64,000 bases of DNA from Fistulifera solaris (Eukaryota). Shown one piece after another: positions 9,501 through 24,181 of the stretch. Within the stretch, counting starts at the first letter, position 1; each line of letters begins with the position of its first letter. The stretch lies in NCBI GenBank assembly GCA_030295235.1, contig AP026133.1:1-64000 (forward strand), given 5' to 3'. The notes under the pieces were generated by a model. It worked only from the letters and a program-made list of their open reading frames with translations. It made no database searches and had not been told where the DNA came from. The translations under genes and the position numbers were made by a program.

Positions 9501-12500
9501 TTTTGGTTGGAAGCAATGAAGACGATGGCGTCGATTCTTGCTCGGGTGGCCTTCTTGGACAAGATGCTTTCACTTATCAGCTACCAGGTACGTCTTACAA
9601 ATGGTTAAGTTTGCGTAATGTTTTGCTTGATCTGTACGCTCACGTTTTTTATCCACTTGACATCACCTTTCATCTCCAATCTTCTATATAGTGATTGGAA
9701 TCAGTGTGTGCAGCACTGCATCGTTTCTCCAAGTTCTTGTCAATGCTGTCGAAGAGCTTCTTGATGAGACGACCACCTCCGGCAGCAAAACGACGACGAC
9801 ATTTTCGTCTTTGGAAGTGAAATTAGAAACGCTCTTGCAAGATGGTGTAGGTGGTACTCCTTCTGTTAATATCACGACGACTTCTGATTCCATTCGTTCG
9901 GAGCTTTCTGTCGAATTGACGCTTGCTTGGACCTTTACTCTAACCGAAACCTTTGTCTTGGACATGTCCAACTACTTTTCGGAAGAGGACCTAGAAAACA
10001 ACGCCGGTCTCGATTTCTTTGCAAATGCATTGCTTCCAGGTACTGGGGAGGGACAGTTTGGGCTTGAAGCAGGGCTGGTCTTCACAATGGGGGTTGGCTT
10101 GGAATACGTGAGCGCGACTAATGACGTCAATCCTTTCGTGAAAGGGACTACGGGATTTAAACTCCAGTTGGCTGCGGCGGGCTCTCTTGATTATGAATGT
10201 TCAGTAGGCGCGTTTCAAGGGGGTGTGGAAGCCGAGTTTAGCTTTGGTGATGGGGACGGTGGCCCAATGGAACTTTCGGTGGGACTCGATGAATCTCTGA
10301 ACTACTATCTTTCAGACCCTGGTGCCGATTCGTCTAACAGAGAAGGTTTCAAAATTGTGTCTGGAATCAGTGGCCTTGTTTCGGAAGTGGAAGCAGTATT
10401 TGCAGGACAAGCAACTGCTAACTTGACGGCTGGATTGAGTTTACTCGGGTTGTCGATCGATGTCGACGCGGCAATAAGTGACTTGCAAGCATTCTTTCTT
10501 GGAAACACTTCCGTTTTGAGCGTTGAGTTTACGCCGTCATTTCCATCCTTTGAGGTTCCCAGTTTGTTGGACATCCTTTTGGCGGAGCCGCAAGGCATTA
10601 TCGATGCTCTGGACGATGTTTTCAAGACTGCCGAAGAGGCGTCTGTCGGAGAGAATGGTATCATCACGCGATTTCCCGTCCCATTCATTCGCAATGGATT
10701 GGGAGATGCTCTCGGAGCGGGAACCTCGAACAACATTTTAGCCAAGGGACGTAATAAAGTGATTCCGTTCCTACAAGAGGGTCTGGACTCTTTTGAAGGA
10801 AAAACAGATACCGTTGGAGATGTTTTGGCTCGATTGATGGATAAAGCACTGGATGCAGTTGAGCCCAGTCTCCGTCTCGAAGGCCGATCCACAGAATTCA
10901 TTTGCTACATTTACAGCAACGACACTTTGCAGCAAGAAGCAGTGGATTGTGTGGACGAAACTAATGATCCTACTTCAGTGATGTGGAGCCTCCCATTCGG
11001 GCAGTCTTTTAGTATTGATCTTCCGCTGGATTTCGATCTGGACGCGGGAAGTTTCCCACTTGAAATCACCTTTGATGGCGGAGACTCGTCTTTGAAGATA
11101 GGATGGGGCCTTGACCTGGCATTCGGTTACATGGAAGGCCCGGGTTTCTTTCTCTTTACGTTCCCCGACGATGGGCCAGAAATAACCATTGAGGCTGGTC
11201 TATCAATTGTTGGCTTTACCCTTGATGCGACGCTGCTATTTTTGAAAGGCTCTCTCAGTAACGGTAACTTAGTGGTTGCTGTCGGATTGTCGGTCGATAT
11301 GGATAAAGGCAATGCGCTGCGATTAAAGTCGGGAGAAAACGCTACGGATCCGCAATACGGCCGCCTTACTCGAGATTCCTTTCGTAAAATCACGAAAATC
11401 AGTGATTTATTCGTCCCAGGTGCGACAGCGGGTGCGACCGTTGAAATTCCAGACGTCCGGTTTCAAGTCAGTGTTGAACTACTAGGAGGGAGCTCGTTAG
11501 CGCAGGAAGTGGTGGCTTACATACCGCAACTTACTGCTGAGATATATGCTCAAGCGCGAAAGGTTCTTTCAACGGATGATTCTCCTGCCAGGAGATTAAA
11601 GTTTGAAGCTGCGCGCAGGAGTCTGGGCGTACATCCTGCTCTTGCCGGGCACGACGCTGCTCCTCTTTCTCGCTCCTTATCATTTTCGGACGAATTCGCT
11701 CTCCTGGCTGACGATTTTGTGTTTGAGGAATGCCCCATCGAAGCGGATTCAACGTTTTGTGCCCGTGTAAGTCAACTGAATTTGGACATGTCGAAAATCC
11801 GAGATCTCGTGGAACCTGTCTTGGTCGAAATAACCAACAAAGATGAGACTGGTTTCCTTGATAAAATGGTCCGGCCGCTGATTATTTTAGAAGAAAGATT
11901 GCCTGGAATCTCCGACATCATGAACAAAAAGATCACCGTTCTCGACATAGCTGAGGTACGTTGGAAATTATTTTTGCTGTTGCTCCATGGCCTCACCGAG
12001 AATGTGCTGCGTGCTGACATTTCCCTCTGCGTATCTAGGCCATGATTGGTCCCAAATCAGGTGCTCCCACGGTTCGTAGAATCATCCAGACGTATCGACA
12101 GATCAATGACTTAATCGGAAGCTTTTTGGAAGATGGCGGTTTGCTCCTGGCCGAGGAATGCGATGTGCTTGACAGTTTCACTTGCACGGGTGGTGTCTTT
12201 AACAACGCGAGACGAGGGTTAACGATACGTGTTTCGAGTAGTATGAGTCAATTGTTTGATTTGGAAGATGCCTCTTTGCTGCCCACGACTCCATCGCATG
12301 TGATTGAGCTGGAAAGAGGTTTACAATCAGGCACATGTACCATCAATACGTCTGACTGCAGCGGAAGTTGCTCCGGATGCACAGGGACTACAAAAATCAA
12401 GTGTCAAAAAGATTACCTCGTTTGTAAAGCAAAAAGCGTGAAAGGGCTTACATTTCCTTTCATGAGCGATTTAACCAGTGTTGTTGGTTTGCTGTCCGGT

Positions 12501-15500
12501 GGTGATATTGTAAGTACCGGTACCAGGTACCGCTAGTACGAAGTCGTTACTGTACATTCGCTGTCACACTTGTCGGTCACAACGATTTTGAATTCATCCT
12601 TGACTCACTCCCTTCTGCAGCAAATTGTTGACTTTACACCCGACCCCGTGACATTTGCTTTTACGTTTGAGCTTTTCTTTGTTCTTTACACACCTCCCAC
12701 TGTTGAACTGGCCATTACGTTTGAATTTACTGCTGTTTTACGAGTTGGATTTGTATTGGATAGCAAGGGTATTCGAGAAGCCGTGGAACAGGAAGAACCC
12801 ATCAAAGCCTTGAACAGCTTTGCTCTGAAAGATACGTTTGACGGCGTCGATGAAGCGATGATTACTTTGACGGCATCTGTCACCATTTCCGTGGATGTCA
12901 GTGCTGTAATAATCAAAGTGGGCGTCAGCGGAGCAATAACATTTATTGTCACTGTCGATTTGTATGATCCGTATCCAGAAAAGAGCGGTGGTTTGGTCCG
13001 TCCTTTCGAACTGCTCACGTCCGGTTCCAATCCGCTCGAATGGTTTGAGTTTGGAATCCAAATCTTTATTACCATTACGCTTTATGTCAAAATCGGTCTT
13101 TTCCTGGGCTTCGTTGAGATTACCTTGTTCAAGTACGAAGTCAGTTTCAAGTTTGACTTGATTCCTCCGTTGTTGTTTGTACCAGCAATCGACGGTATGC
13201 CAGTCTCAGTCACAAGCAGTGGTTCCCTCCAAATTTCGGCTTCCGGTGCTGAGGACCTTGCCTGTACAGGTCTTGAAGGGACCACTGGGAACGAGCGAAT
13301 TGAATGTTTTGAAGGGCTTGGTGTACAAGATTTTACAGGTATTAAAAGCATTACGGATTCTAGTGCTATTGCCAGCATCGCTTCAGAAACGGATGTGGTG
13401 TATCGAAACATGCGTTCTCCCGTCAACACACCAGCTACCATGTACAGTGCCGTGACGTTCGATTACGTGTCAGGGACTGACATTCTATCCAACGATGAAA
13501 TTGTTATTTTTCAAAACAAGGTTTTTATCGGGACCTTTAACATGGCGTTCCGGTCCATTGGAAGGGCGAACATTAAGTTACCCACTCCCGAACAATCCTT
13601 CCTAACGACCACCATCAATGACTGTAATACGCAATGGGAGCTCAACGGTCACACCAACATCGAGATCAATGCTACTGCTTTTCAAAGTGGGTGCGACATC
13701 ATAGCACCTGGTGGAGAAGCCACGGATGCAAAGTTGACGATTGATTTTGGTTTGAAGACAACGTAGCCTGTGAAGATGGCAACATTGTTAAACTTAGCAT
13801 GTCAGGGAACGATTTGGTGGCGGAAATTACCAGGGCGACATCGACGGGTTCGGTAACAAAACAATTTACATTCGGTTCTCCGTTTATTTACGTTGAAATT
13901 AAAATGTCAAATTGCGCAGATACCGTCATAGTTGAGAGTTCCACGACCAATGAAAAGGGATATATCTCAGTTGAGATGGGAGACGATGATGACGAAATCA
14001 CTATCGGCACAGATTCAGCTGGACTTGCTGATATTTCCGTTCGCGTCCTTATTGATGGCAACGATGGAAGCGATACACTGACTATCAATGACAAAGGAGA
14101 AACCTCGGGAAGAAACGGCGGTCAGCTTTCCAGCGCATCCGTCTTGGGTTTAATGTTTGGTGAGGGTGGCAACAATACGGATGTTGACTTTTCCTCAATC
14201 GAAATTGTGAATCTATACCTGAGCAAAGGGTCGAACGAGTTCTTCGTCGACTCCACGCCGCAATATTCCGAAACTTTCATGTACTTCCAGAGCGCGAATG
14301 ACATCCTGACAGTGAATGCCACGCAAGGTAATTTATTTGTGGAAGGTGGGGAGGTAATGATGTGTTTTACGTTTACGGTGCAGGAGACGACTCAACGATC
14401 ACTATTTTCGGTGAAGATGGTGACGATACACTTTTGGTTGACGGTACAGACGGCAATGTCGATATGACAGTCAACACACTGGACACATCATCCGTACGCT
14501 GGAGTGGGGGCTTGAACAATGACGAAATTACGGTCGTACTCACTTCAACTGGATCAACCAATATTGATCTTTTCGACGATAGTGGTCTGGGAATTAACAA
14601 GTTGGCGGTCGAGTGCTCGAACTTTGCTTGTTACTTGCTGAGTCGGCGCACCTTTATTGCAAACATCCACGACGTCTCTGATGTGTCCTCTGATGTAGAA
14701 CGCATCAGCATTGACATTAATAGTGTCAATCTCAACACAATCCAAGTCAATCTCAACAATGGAGAGAATGAAATGTACTTTGACGATACAATGGCACCGA
14801 TGAATGTGTTTGGCGGAAATGATGCAGATTGTAAGTAGCCGCGCCTCGTGCCATTGCAAATCGTCAAAAATTTATCTAACCGTCGCATAAAAGCCTTTTA
14901 CATCGGACAACTGTACAACTCCGAACGAGATGAGGCAGCAAATGTGAACATCAACGATCCGATCTCCACAACGCTAACAACTAAAGGCTATTTGTCGGAC
15001 GGAAATTCCTTCTCGCTTACATTGAATGGCGGGTTTGGCAACGACTATTTCGATGTTCTCCGGAATCGTTTCTTGCTGGATTTGAACGGCGACTCTGACG
15101 ATGATCTGTTTGTTGTTAGGTCGTTCTTGGCTTTAGACTTGGATTCCTTGGGCAATCCTCTTGAGAATACGACCCTGGGAAATATCACCCTGCTAGGAGC
15201 GGATGGATCAGATACGTTCGATTTGTCCGGTACGAGCGACAATTCAACCGAATCTCAGGAATCCTCGGACTCTTCGCAGTTGCCCAATTATGTTGTTAAC
15301 TCATTAGTTGATGTTGATGGTGGCACCGGTAACGATAAACTCATCGTTGTTGGAACCGAAGCAGACGATAGATACGTTATCACTGCTGACTCGGTATTTG
15401 GCGGTGGGTTGAGTATCTCGTTTACAAATATCGAGGCAATCGCTCTTACTGGAGGTGCTGGAGATGACACACTGACCGTGCTCTCTACTAGTCCTAATCT

Positions 15501-18500
15501 CGCGCTGTAAGTTCCTGCTGATTCGAAGAACTGAACTGGATGATGACCATCGTTTCTAACCCACCTTTTTCTTTTGCAGGTATCTTTATGGTGCTGAGGG
15601 CTCAGACACCTTTGTAATAACACCACAGAAGGTTGATCCAGTTGTATCGAAAAACCTTCGAGGCCATAGGGGCATCCTTCGACACACTGTCACTAGTGCT
15701 GATCTTGGTTACGACGGATTAGCTGTGGAGGGCGTTGCTGTTGATGTTCTAGATAATGACGGTGATTCAGGGGCGTATTTCAACGTTATCGAAACCGAAG
15801 TGGTTCACGTTATGGATGAAGATGGACTTGGCACCTTTTCCTTTTGGCTGTACCCCACTGTCACCCCAGATCCATGGGTCACGGTGCAAGTTGCATCCCA
15901 AACAGATGTAAACGGAAATGCGTGGCTGCTGCTAAACGGGGATGATCTAACTGCCGTTGAGCTCGTCTTCAATGAGACGGCGGAGCCCCAAGAAGTAATA
16001 GCCTCCTTCAATCCCGCTGCAGCTCGACTAGAAATTACGGACTACAACTTACTCATCAAGCTTGATCTTGTTCCGTTAGAGTCGCCAGATCTGAGATTTG
16101 AAACGACGGCACAAACTATCCGCCCAGTATCCGTCAAGCTTTTGCCAGCGAAAAATAGCCCACTTGCGAAGTCTGTCACTGTTGTCCAGCCGGATGGAGA
16201 CATTAACGTTGGAGAAGGAGACCAAGGGTGGTCTAGTTCGTACGATGTCTATCTGAGACCATGCACTAATGCCATGATTCAAAACACTATAGTAGAAATC
16301 GTTCCCACGGAGACAGGAAGAGTGACCGTCAACCCCGAAGTCATCGATTCTGCACATTGGGGGAGCCAAGCAGGCGGCTGTAAAGTAACCGTTCAAGTCA
16401 CTCCTGCTGTAGATTCTGATGAAGAAGGCATTCACTTTGTGACGCTAACACACAAAGTCGTTGACTCGAATCAGGAAGACATTCGTCTCTCCGATGACAG
16501 CATATTGTATGCAGAGAGTGTGTTGGTTCGAATTTACGACGATTTAGTTCCGAATGTCGTCATTAAGGAGAGTTTGAGTGTTACAAGCACTGCGGAACTT
16601 GACCAGGACGTGATCAATCTTTGCCGGACGAATCATTTTACGTTGACTCGTACACGATCCGGCTTGCAAGTGAGCCTGAGGAAGATGTTATTGTTACAGT
16701 CGAATCAATTGCAAAGGCAAGTGATTATGACTTGTCTAAGAACACTGAAGAAAGAGTGCAGGTTTTGGTTGGCGCTGAAGGCAGTGAGGCTGAAAGTTTA
16801 CAACTTACCTTTACGAAGACGACATGGTTTATAGAGCAAACGGTCCGTGTTGTAGCCAACAATGACAACGTACAAGAAGGTGTTGACTTGCTCCACTTTC
16901 CGGATCAGCCGTCTTTCTTGGCCTACATCCAAGGACCTATTTTCATAGAGGGTGATACCTCGCCTGACGTTCCAGACATTCGCGATGCTGTACTATTTCC
17001 CGGCGAAAATGACACCAGCTTGTTCGCGTTCTTAGAAACACCTCCATCAGAGTTAGTTTATCCTGAAATGCAAGTGGACACACTTAAAATCTTCAACATT
17101 GACGTGCAAGGATCAAGTCCGTCTATTGGTACGTTGACCGATTCCCAATTCGTCGGATACAATATGGCGAAAGAAATCATTATTGGTGGCGAGAGTAAGA
17201 ATGATGGCATCTCTTACAGCGGGATGGAGGTCATAGAGTTTTACTTTGGTAGCGGTGTTGATAGTATCACTGTCGAGAGTACATCTGTTGCTGTCCACTT
17301 TGTTGACCTGGGTGATGGCAACGATTCTGTGAAAATACAAAACATATCAGGGCACTTTATCATTCATGGCAGTGACGGATCAGATACAGTAACAGTTGCG
17401 TCGGTGGAATCAACAGTGGACGCCATCAAGGGCCTTCTTGCGTTTGACGGAGGCAACGATGATGCTGCAATTGATCATCTTATTATCGACAATTCAGGCG
17501 ACATCACCAGTGACGACATTCTGAACGTCACGCGAAACACAGTCGAAATTGAAAGTATGTCCAATACGGAGGATGAGGAATCACGCATTCCACGAGATGT
17601 ATTTATTTTTAGCCTCAGAGGTTCAACAAGCGGCTACTTCAATCTTGCAGTCAACGACCCCATAACAAACATGACAACAGACACTGATATTCCATACCCG
17701 ACCAATAGTGAGCTTATTGAAGAAGCACTCCAAGATTTAATCTTTCCAGCGGCCAAGGGTGATGTATGCGGCAAGAACCAAACGTCACGTTGTGCGGAAA
17801 CGGTCAAGGTGTATGCGGTCGGAGATGAAGCCTTTGCCGTTTTCTTTTTGGGGGAGCGATTAAACGACGGTTTGACCCTAACTCTAACAACATCGGGCCT
17901 AGCCGACTTCACGCCCGAGATCTTTGTAAACGCCTCGAACGACATCCTTCTCCGCAGTACTGATGTTGCGTACGCAGATGTGGAAGTACTTGATATCACA
18001 ATGGGAAATCCACAAAGTTCAGACTTCAAGATTGTCGTGAATGTCAGAGGAACGACCGCTATCACCACGATCACAACCCAAGATGGTGATGACGCTTTCT
18101 TTGTATCGTCTGAGGCAAACGAAAACGTCATGACTTCCAGCACCGTAGATTTCTTGCATGGATGGCTTGATTACATTGAAAACGATCTCTTCCTCAATGC
18201 TGCGTCAGGGCGCCACCGACTGTTGATCTCCGACGAGAGCAGTTATTTTGGTAAAGGACCTGCGATACTCTCCAGCACCTCGTTTACAGCCATTCATGAA
18301 GATGTTGGTGACATCTTTTCACTGCAGATGGCGGAAATTGGATAAGTGGCGTCAACTTGTGGCTGAGCCCTAACAATGATGAGGTTAGCGTAGTGTCTAT
18401 CGCATCGGATCCAACATCTCCCTCTTTTCAGACAACTACATCGGTTCACTGTGGAGATGGAAACGACAAACTCACGATATCGATTGATGAGGTCAATACA

Positions 18501-21500
18501 GTTTTTGTAGCGAACGGCCAGGGCGGAAACGATATTTTGGATGCATCTGAGTCTTCCGTTCCTGTTATCTTGTTCGGTGATGGTGGCAGAGATACGCTGA
18601 CGGGCGGTACCAGCAACGACATTATAATCGGCGACTTTGGTCGAGTTTTGTGGCGATCATCGTCTAGTGATATTTTCCAGGCAGACAACGCGATCGCGGC
18701 TCGAGCGGGTGGAGGTGGTTATGGCGACTTCACGGATGGTGTCCTCCGCTTCCGTGACTGATGCATTTTCTTTGGCGTTTGACGAGGGTGACAGTGACAT
18801 TATCATTCTAGGTGAAGGCGATGATTGCGCGATCGGGGGCTTTTCTGATGATCAAATATTCGGTAATCTCGGGAACGACATTATAGTAAGTGCTCGAAGC
18901 AATGCTGTTTTGGCAAACACCTTCGTAATACTGACTATTGCATTCTTCAGTTCGGTGATTCCGCACAGCTCCTTTTCGATATGGATAGTGGCTTCCCTAC
19001 GTCGCTTTTAACATTGAGCTGCGATCAAGGAGGAAATGATATTTTGTCTGGAGGCGAGGGAGTTGTGAACTACATTGTCGGTGGAAGTTTCGATGATACA
19101 ATTCAAGGAAGTGGTGCCATGGATCTCGTTTTTGGTGACCATGCCAGCATTAGTCTTTATGCGGACTCATCTCACAAACTGCAGATTGCCGTGACGGTGG
19201 ACCCTGCTTGTGGTGGCGGTTCTGATGAGATCTACTTGGGAGCAGGTGACGACATTGTGAGTATGAATGCATGAATTCCAAATTCGCTTGCCCGGTGTCT
19301 GTCTAATCGATAATATTGTTAACTAGGCTTTCGGTGGTGCGCACGGTGACTATATTGAAGGAAACGCTGGGCAAGATGTGATTTTGGGGGACTTTGGAGT
19401 CTTTGACACGGAGACAGAGTTTTTAGATCATCAGAACTATCAAAGCTTCATTGAATTCCCCGAGTCGGCAGGCGATGATGTGATCCATGGAGGCGACGGG
19501 GACGATTTCCTGCTGGGCCAAGAGGTGCGTAGAGAGGGCGTGATGCGATGAACTCATATTTTCCTATCTCACGGATCGTTCGATCTCGTATCAAACCAAT
19601 TCAATTCTTTAGGGGTCCGATAAAGTGTACGGCGAAGCAGGCAATGATGACATCTATGGCGGTCATAACATTGATTTCGGTGACGATACTGGAGATGAGC
19701 TGAGCGGTGGACTCGATGAAGATTCCATTCTTGGTGACAATGGACAGATAGTACGTCAACTGATAACGTCGGCTTCCGAATTTCCTTGGTTGAACGGTAT
19801 GGTTTGGCTGAAGTATACTGAACCCTTTGATACCGAGGTTGTCCGAGAGATTCGACGTTACGACGACGTTGACGAGATCGGGGTACGTATAATGTGTCAG
19901 TTGTTGGATATGCTGACCAGTTATAATGCCGGGAGCTCACTGTATGGTGTTGGTTTTTCAGGGCGACGATAATATCGAAGGAGGCGACGGAAATGACACT
20001 CTTCACGGCCAAAGAGGTGACGATGGTACGTGGAAGACTGCGAATTAACGCTGTTAATTGCCGTTCGTGTTTTGTTCAAACTAATCGAAATCTCGCCTTG
20101 CTCTATTGTAGTCATTGATGGTGGTAATGGCCAAGATGGTAAGTAGCATACGAAATAGATCAATTGGAAGGAGGTTGTTGCGATCGCCCAGTGTCTCACC
20201 CTCGCTACTCTACGTTGTACAGAGATCTACGGTGAACTGGGTGCGGACACATTATTGGGCGGGAATGGTTCTGATATTGTGCTGGGAGATGTTGGATATA
20301 TTGTTCGCCGCTATGAAAAGGATGGTTCAGCTCGTCTCAACACAGACGGAACTTGGCACAAAGATGTTATTCTGGAGGAGGTTGGATACATTTCGGGTGT
20401 TGATCGCATTTCACAAAAACTCAATGTGAAAACTTCCTCGTTGTCCTTCGAAAGTGTTGTGTCTGCATCGCTTCTCTTCGTCGCACCAGCTTACACTAAC
20501 AGTGGCGGAAAGTATGCCGCTGGCGGTGATGACTGGTTGACGGATCTGATTCAGTTTGAGCTTGTCGATAGTTATGATGACGTAATAGATGGTGGAGACG
20601 GAAACGATATTCTCATTGGGCAGCGCGGCGGGGACCGCATCAATGGAGGGCCAGGGAATGACGTCATAATTGGTGACGCTGGATGGAATGTGGTCCCTGT
20701 CCACATGGATCTTCCTCAAATTCATCAAGTGTATCGAGCTTTGCGTGATCAGTCTAGTAGCAACTACCTTGTCGAAGGTGTGTCTGATAAGGAATATGGC
20801 ATTTTGTTTGCTGCGGAGTATGAATTGTATCCCGACCAGTACGGCCAGATAGATTTCCTCGGATCGATTGTGGACATGGTTCTGAATGCGGATCATGTTT
20901 TGAGCGGTCACAATCTTCTCCGCGATGTTCTCGGAGTTGCTGGCATCAGTACAACAAACGGGAAGTATTGCGTGCACCCAATGTTCCGCATTACACCAGG
21001 ATTCCTGCGAGACAATCAAAAGATACACGGAAATGATGTAATCACATCCGGCTTGGGCGATAACTTGGTCATTGGAGATGATATCAGGGCTTATTCGGGA
21101 ATCGACGTCTCGGACGTCCCAGAAATCGTCAGTATCCAACGTCGCATTGACAATCTGGTAAAAGCACTAGGAGTTCGGCTGAGCACAATGGAGGTGGATC
21201 AGGAATCCTTTTCTGGAGGTATGATTGGGTCATACAATATTAGTGTGGGTGATGATGAGATTGAGACATCGTCAGGAGGGTTTTCTCTTGTCACTGGAGA
21301 CACAATGACCTTAGTTGTACGAACTGTCGGATCAGGATCGTTTGTAAATGGCCAGCGTCTCCTTCTGGACACGGACAAACTCAAATCAATGATGCAGCGA
21401 CTAGCCGACGTTGAGCGCATTCTCTGGGATGTCAATATTTGCTTGTACGAGCTTCACACCGACTTAATGACGCAAATGACGGCAACGTACTCCGACCAAA

Positions 21501-22462
21501 TCGGGCAAAAGTCGACGCATGCTCTCTCCCTGGCGAATGATATCATCACATCAAATGGAAACGGAGACATTCTCATTGGTGATTCGAGTCTGCTTTACTT
21601 CCATGTCGACAAATCTCCAAGTGCATATCGGCTCAGTTATCTCTCTCGATCGCAACGGAGGTTTGCGACACGAAAGCTGCGAAATGTTCCGGACCAGTTG
21701 AGAAGTTCATTGATTTCACACGTGAGCCGATTGTCTCGGTCGGCCGCGTTCAATGGACAAGCCCCCTTTGATGACCTTCCATTCGTATTGACTGTTGGAT
21801 CCGACACGTTGCAACAAAACTTGGCAGTGAATTTGGCAGCGGGTGATTTCGCCTTTTTCGGATCGGTCGTCACGTTCCAAAACCCAAACACCGGATCTCT
21901 CTCTCGATACACACAGTCCATTAAGAACGTTCGCTCAAAACTTGCCTCGGAAGATCCCGTGGCTTCTCTCCAGTTTGGTATTCAATTTTATGATGAAAGA
22001 TATTCGCAGTTACCTGATGCATCTAAACCCAAACTTCACGGAGATTCCTTCACAGGGCTCGACAACAGCAATGTTATGTTGGGTGAATTTTTGACTGGGG
22101 AAATGTACAACGAAATCGACAGTGCCCAAACGACCCGAGTGGCCCTGAATGCCAACGCTTTTTCGTCATCGGCAGCGCAAGATTTTGCCGGCGACTTTTT
22201 TAACATTCAAGTCGGAACGGCTGCCAACGGCCAGTTTGGTCCGGACTTTTCCGTGGATGGAATAGCCATCGATGCACAAGTCGCGGCCCCCATTGAAACC
22301 AGCATGAAAGGACTGTTCCTAGAGCACCGTTTGATCCAAGATCTGCAAGAAATATTGTTTACAGAGAGCGGTCAATTGCGAGCCGATCGAGTGGGTACCG
22401 TCACGACTGGACCCCATTGTTCTGACGCCGAATCATCGTCTACAATCGCTCCAGCCGCCTAA
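6541..22462 (+). CDS. Giant (~5,000 aa) secreted acidic protein with RTX/hemolysin-type Ca-binding repeats and Calx-beta-like modules; 13 exons
   Basis: N-terminal signal peptide MFRLSVGVLWLFIASSCMQNVIG. Continuous plus-strand coding joined by GT-AG introns at 8816-8896, 9588-9691, 11956-12038, 12510-12620, 14831-14893, 15507-15579, 18886-18950, 19257-19326, 19525-19612, 19883-19961, 20026-20111 and 20139-20222. Many GGxGxDxL/I nonapeptides. YTIRLASEP...LTFTKTTWFIEQTVRVVANND module. Apparent frameshifts near 8045, 13750, 14350, 16620, 18315 and 18750. Confidence 0.88.
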
Positions 22463-24181
22463 TCTAAAGTTGGTTGTACGACAAAAGGGGCATTGTACGT
22501 TAAATGAAATATATATATATAATTTTCAACTAAAAAATAAGACAGCGAAACCTATCATCATTTGCCTATCAGTGGCGCGTCGTCTTTCAATTTTGTGACA
22601 CGGACATGCTGTGGATGATGAAAAAAAATAAAGATTTGGGCCTACACATTGCTCTTGCCGACTGACGATACCTTGCGGATAATGCGTCACGATGAACGAA
22701 CGGGAACCATAGAATAAAGACCCTTGATTGAGACGCTGAGAAATCACTGCGTTTCGAATAAATTGTTGTTGCATCTGGCGGAACACACCCAACTGACATC
22801 GCTGGTCGTCCGCTACCAACATCGTTTGGCACTGTCGATTGCCGATTTGATTCCGAATCATTATCCCCGGTGTGTCGGGCTTGTGGGGACCTATTTAATT
22901 ATAAAAAAGAAAGTGGCACTTTCAATCTCACTATGATGAATCGCGATACGCTTGAAATAAATAACGAAGAAGAAACAAAATTGTTACAAGCAGGTTCTGG
23001 AGACGGTCGTGATGATTTAAAACATGCACACTTTGAAGCCATCGACGAGTAGGTATGTTATCACTAGAATTCTGATAAACCTTCCACGCTTGTATATGAC
23101 TCACAAGTTTCATCTTGTTTGCAAGGTAATCCATTTTATGAAGCACAGATCGACTGAAAACTCACTCACCATTAACCTCTTCGAAGTTATTCAAAAGGAT
23201 GCAGCAATGTTTTCGCAAATGCTTACGTATTTTATAGCGGATCCTACAGTCAAAACAGGATTGAAGCTTTTGAGTCCTCGGAGCATAATGGTGGCGCTTG
23301 ATTCAATTTGGAATCGCCGAAATAATCTCAATCGACACCGATACCATTGGTGATGAATGTTCAACAGCCACACGTTTGCCAATGTAGTTTCTTGCAACGG
23401 ACTGAGACAGTCTGTTGGAACCAATATCGTAAGTTTGAACGAAAAACGATGGCCTATATCACTGAATGATTTGGGACTTTCCGTGTCTGCAATACCTCGA
23501 CGAAGTTTGTGCAGTCAACCAAAATTCATTGTCGCTCAAAACGGCATGTGACACTCTATCTCTACAAAAGCCACCGACGTCGGCGCCGACACCTGCACTG
23601 GCTGCATCAATCTCTACTGCTCAGAAAAGTTCTTGATTGAGCCAAGGTATTGATGTAGAAGAAAGCTTCAGGCTAATCAATACTGTCGACGAGGATGGGA
23701 ATGGCGCGTACGACCCGAGTACAATCGTTTGGTGGCTGCCTACAGCGAGACAAAATGTCAAGGCACACCGGGAATCGAGAAAATGTTTTCAATGACATGG
23801 CATGCATCTATCGAGAGCGTGGCGAAGGCGATACGTGTTGCGTAGGTACCAACGGCGGTATATAGCTGAGTGATGACGAACTGTAGAAAGAACTCTGTCA
23901 ACGCATTGATCGCAATGCTTAAGGGAACTTTTGCAATGACGAAACAATGTCTGCTCCATCACGAAACTTGAAACAGAGGACACTTTGACGCCTCCTACGG
24001 TGTCGCTGAGTGTGAATCATAGAGCGTCAACGAGTGGTGCTGGATATTCTTTGACGCTGCGACCCTGCACCTGGTCAGCCTTGTATATTTAGCCGGTTGT
24101 CTTTCATCAATACTATTCTAAAACAGAACTTTCTCTTTCAACTAAGACTTTTGCAGTTTTTTTTGCAACCCCGACTATACT

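Noticed and set aside
6541..22462. Bacterial contamination, or an operon of separate genes
   Set aside because: Canonical spliceosomal introns restore the frame between ORFs, and the gene is contiguous with a telomere and eukaryotic genes.
22930..23760. EF-hand protein remnant (VDEDGNGAYDPS at ~23685-23720)
   Set aside because: Single degenerate loop with no continuous ORF.
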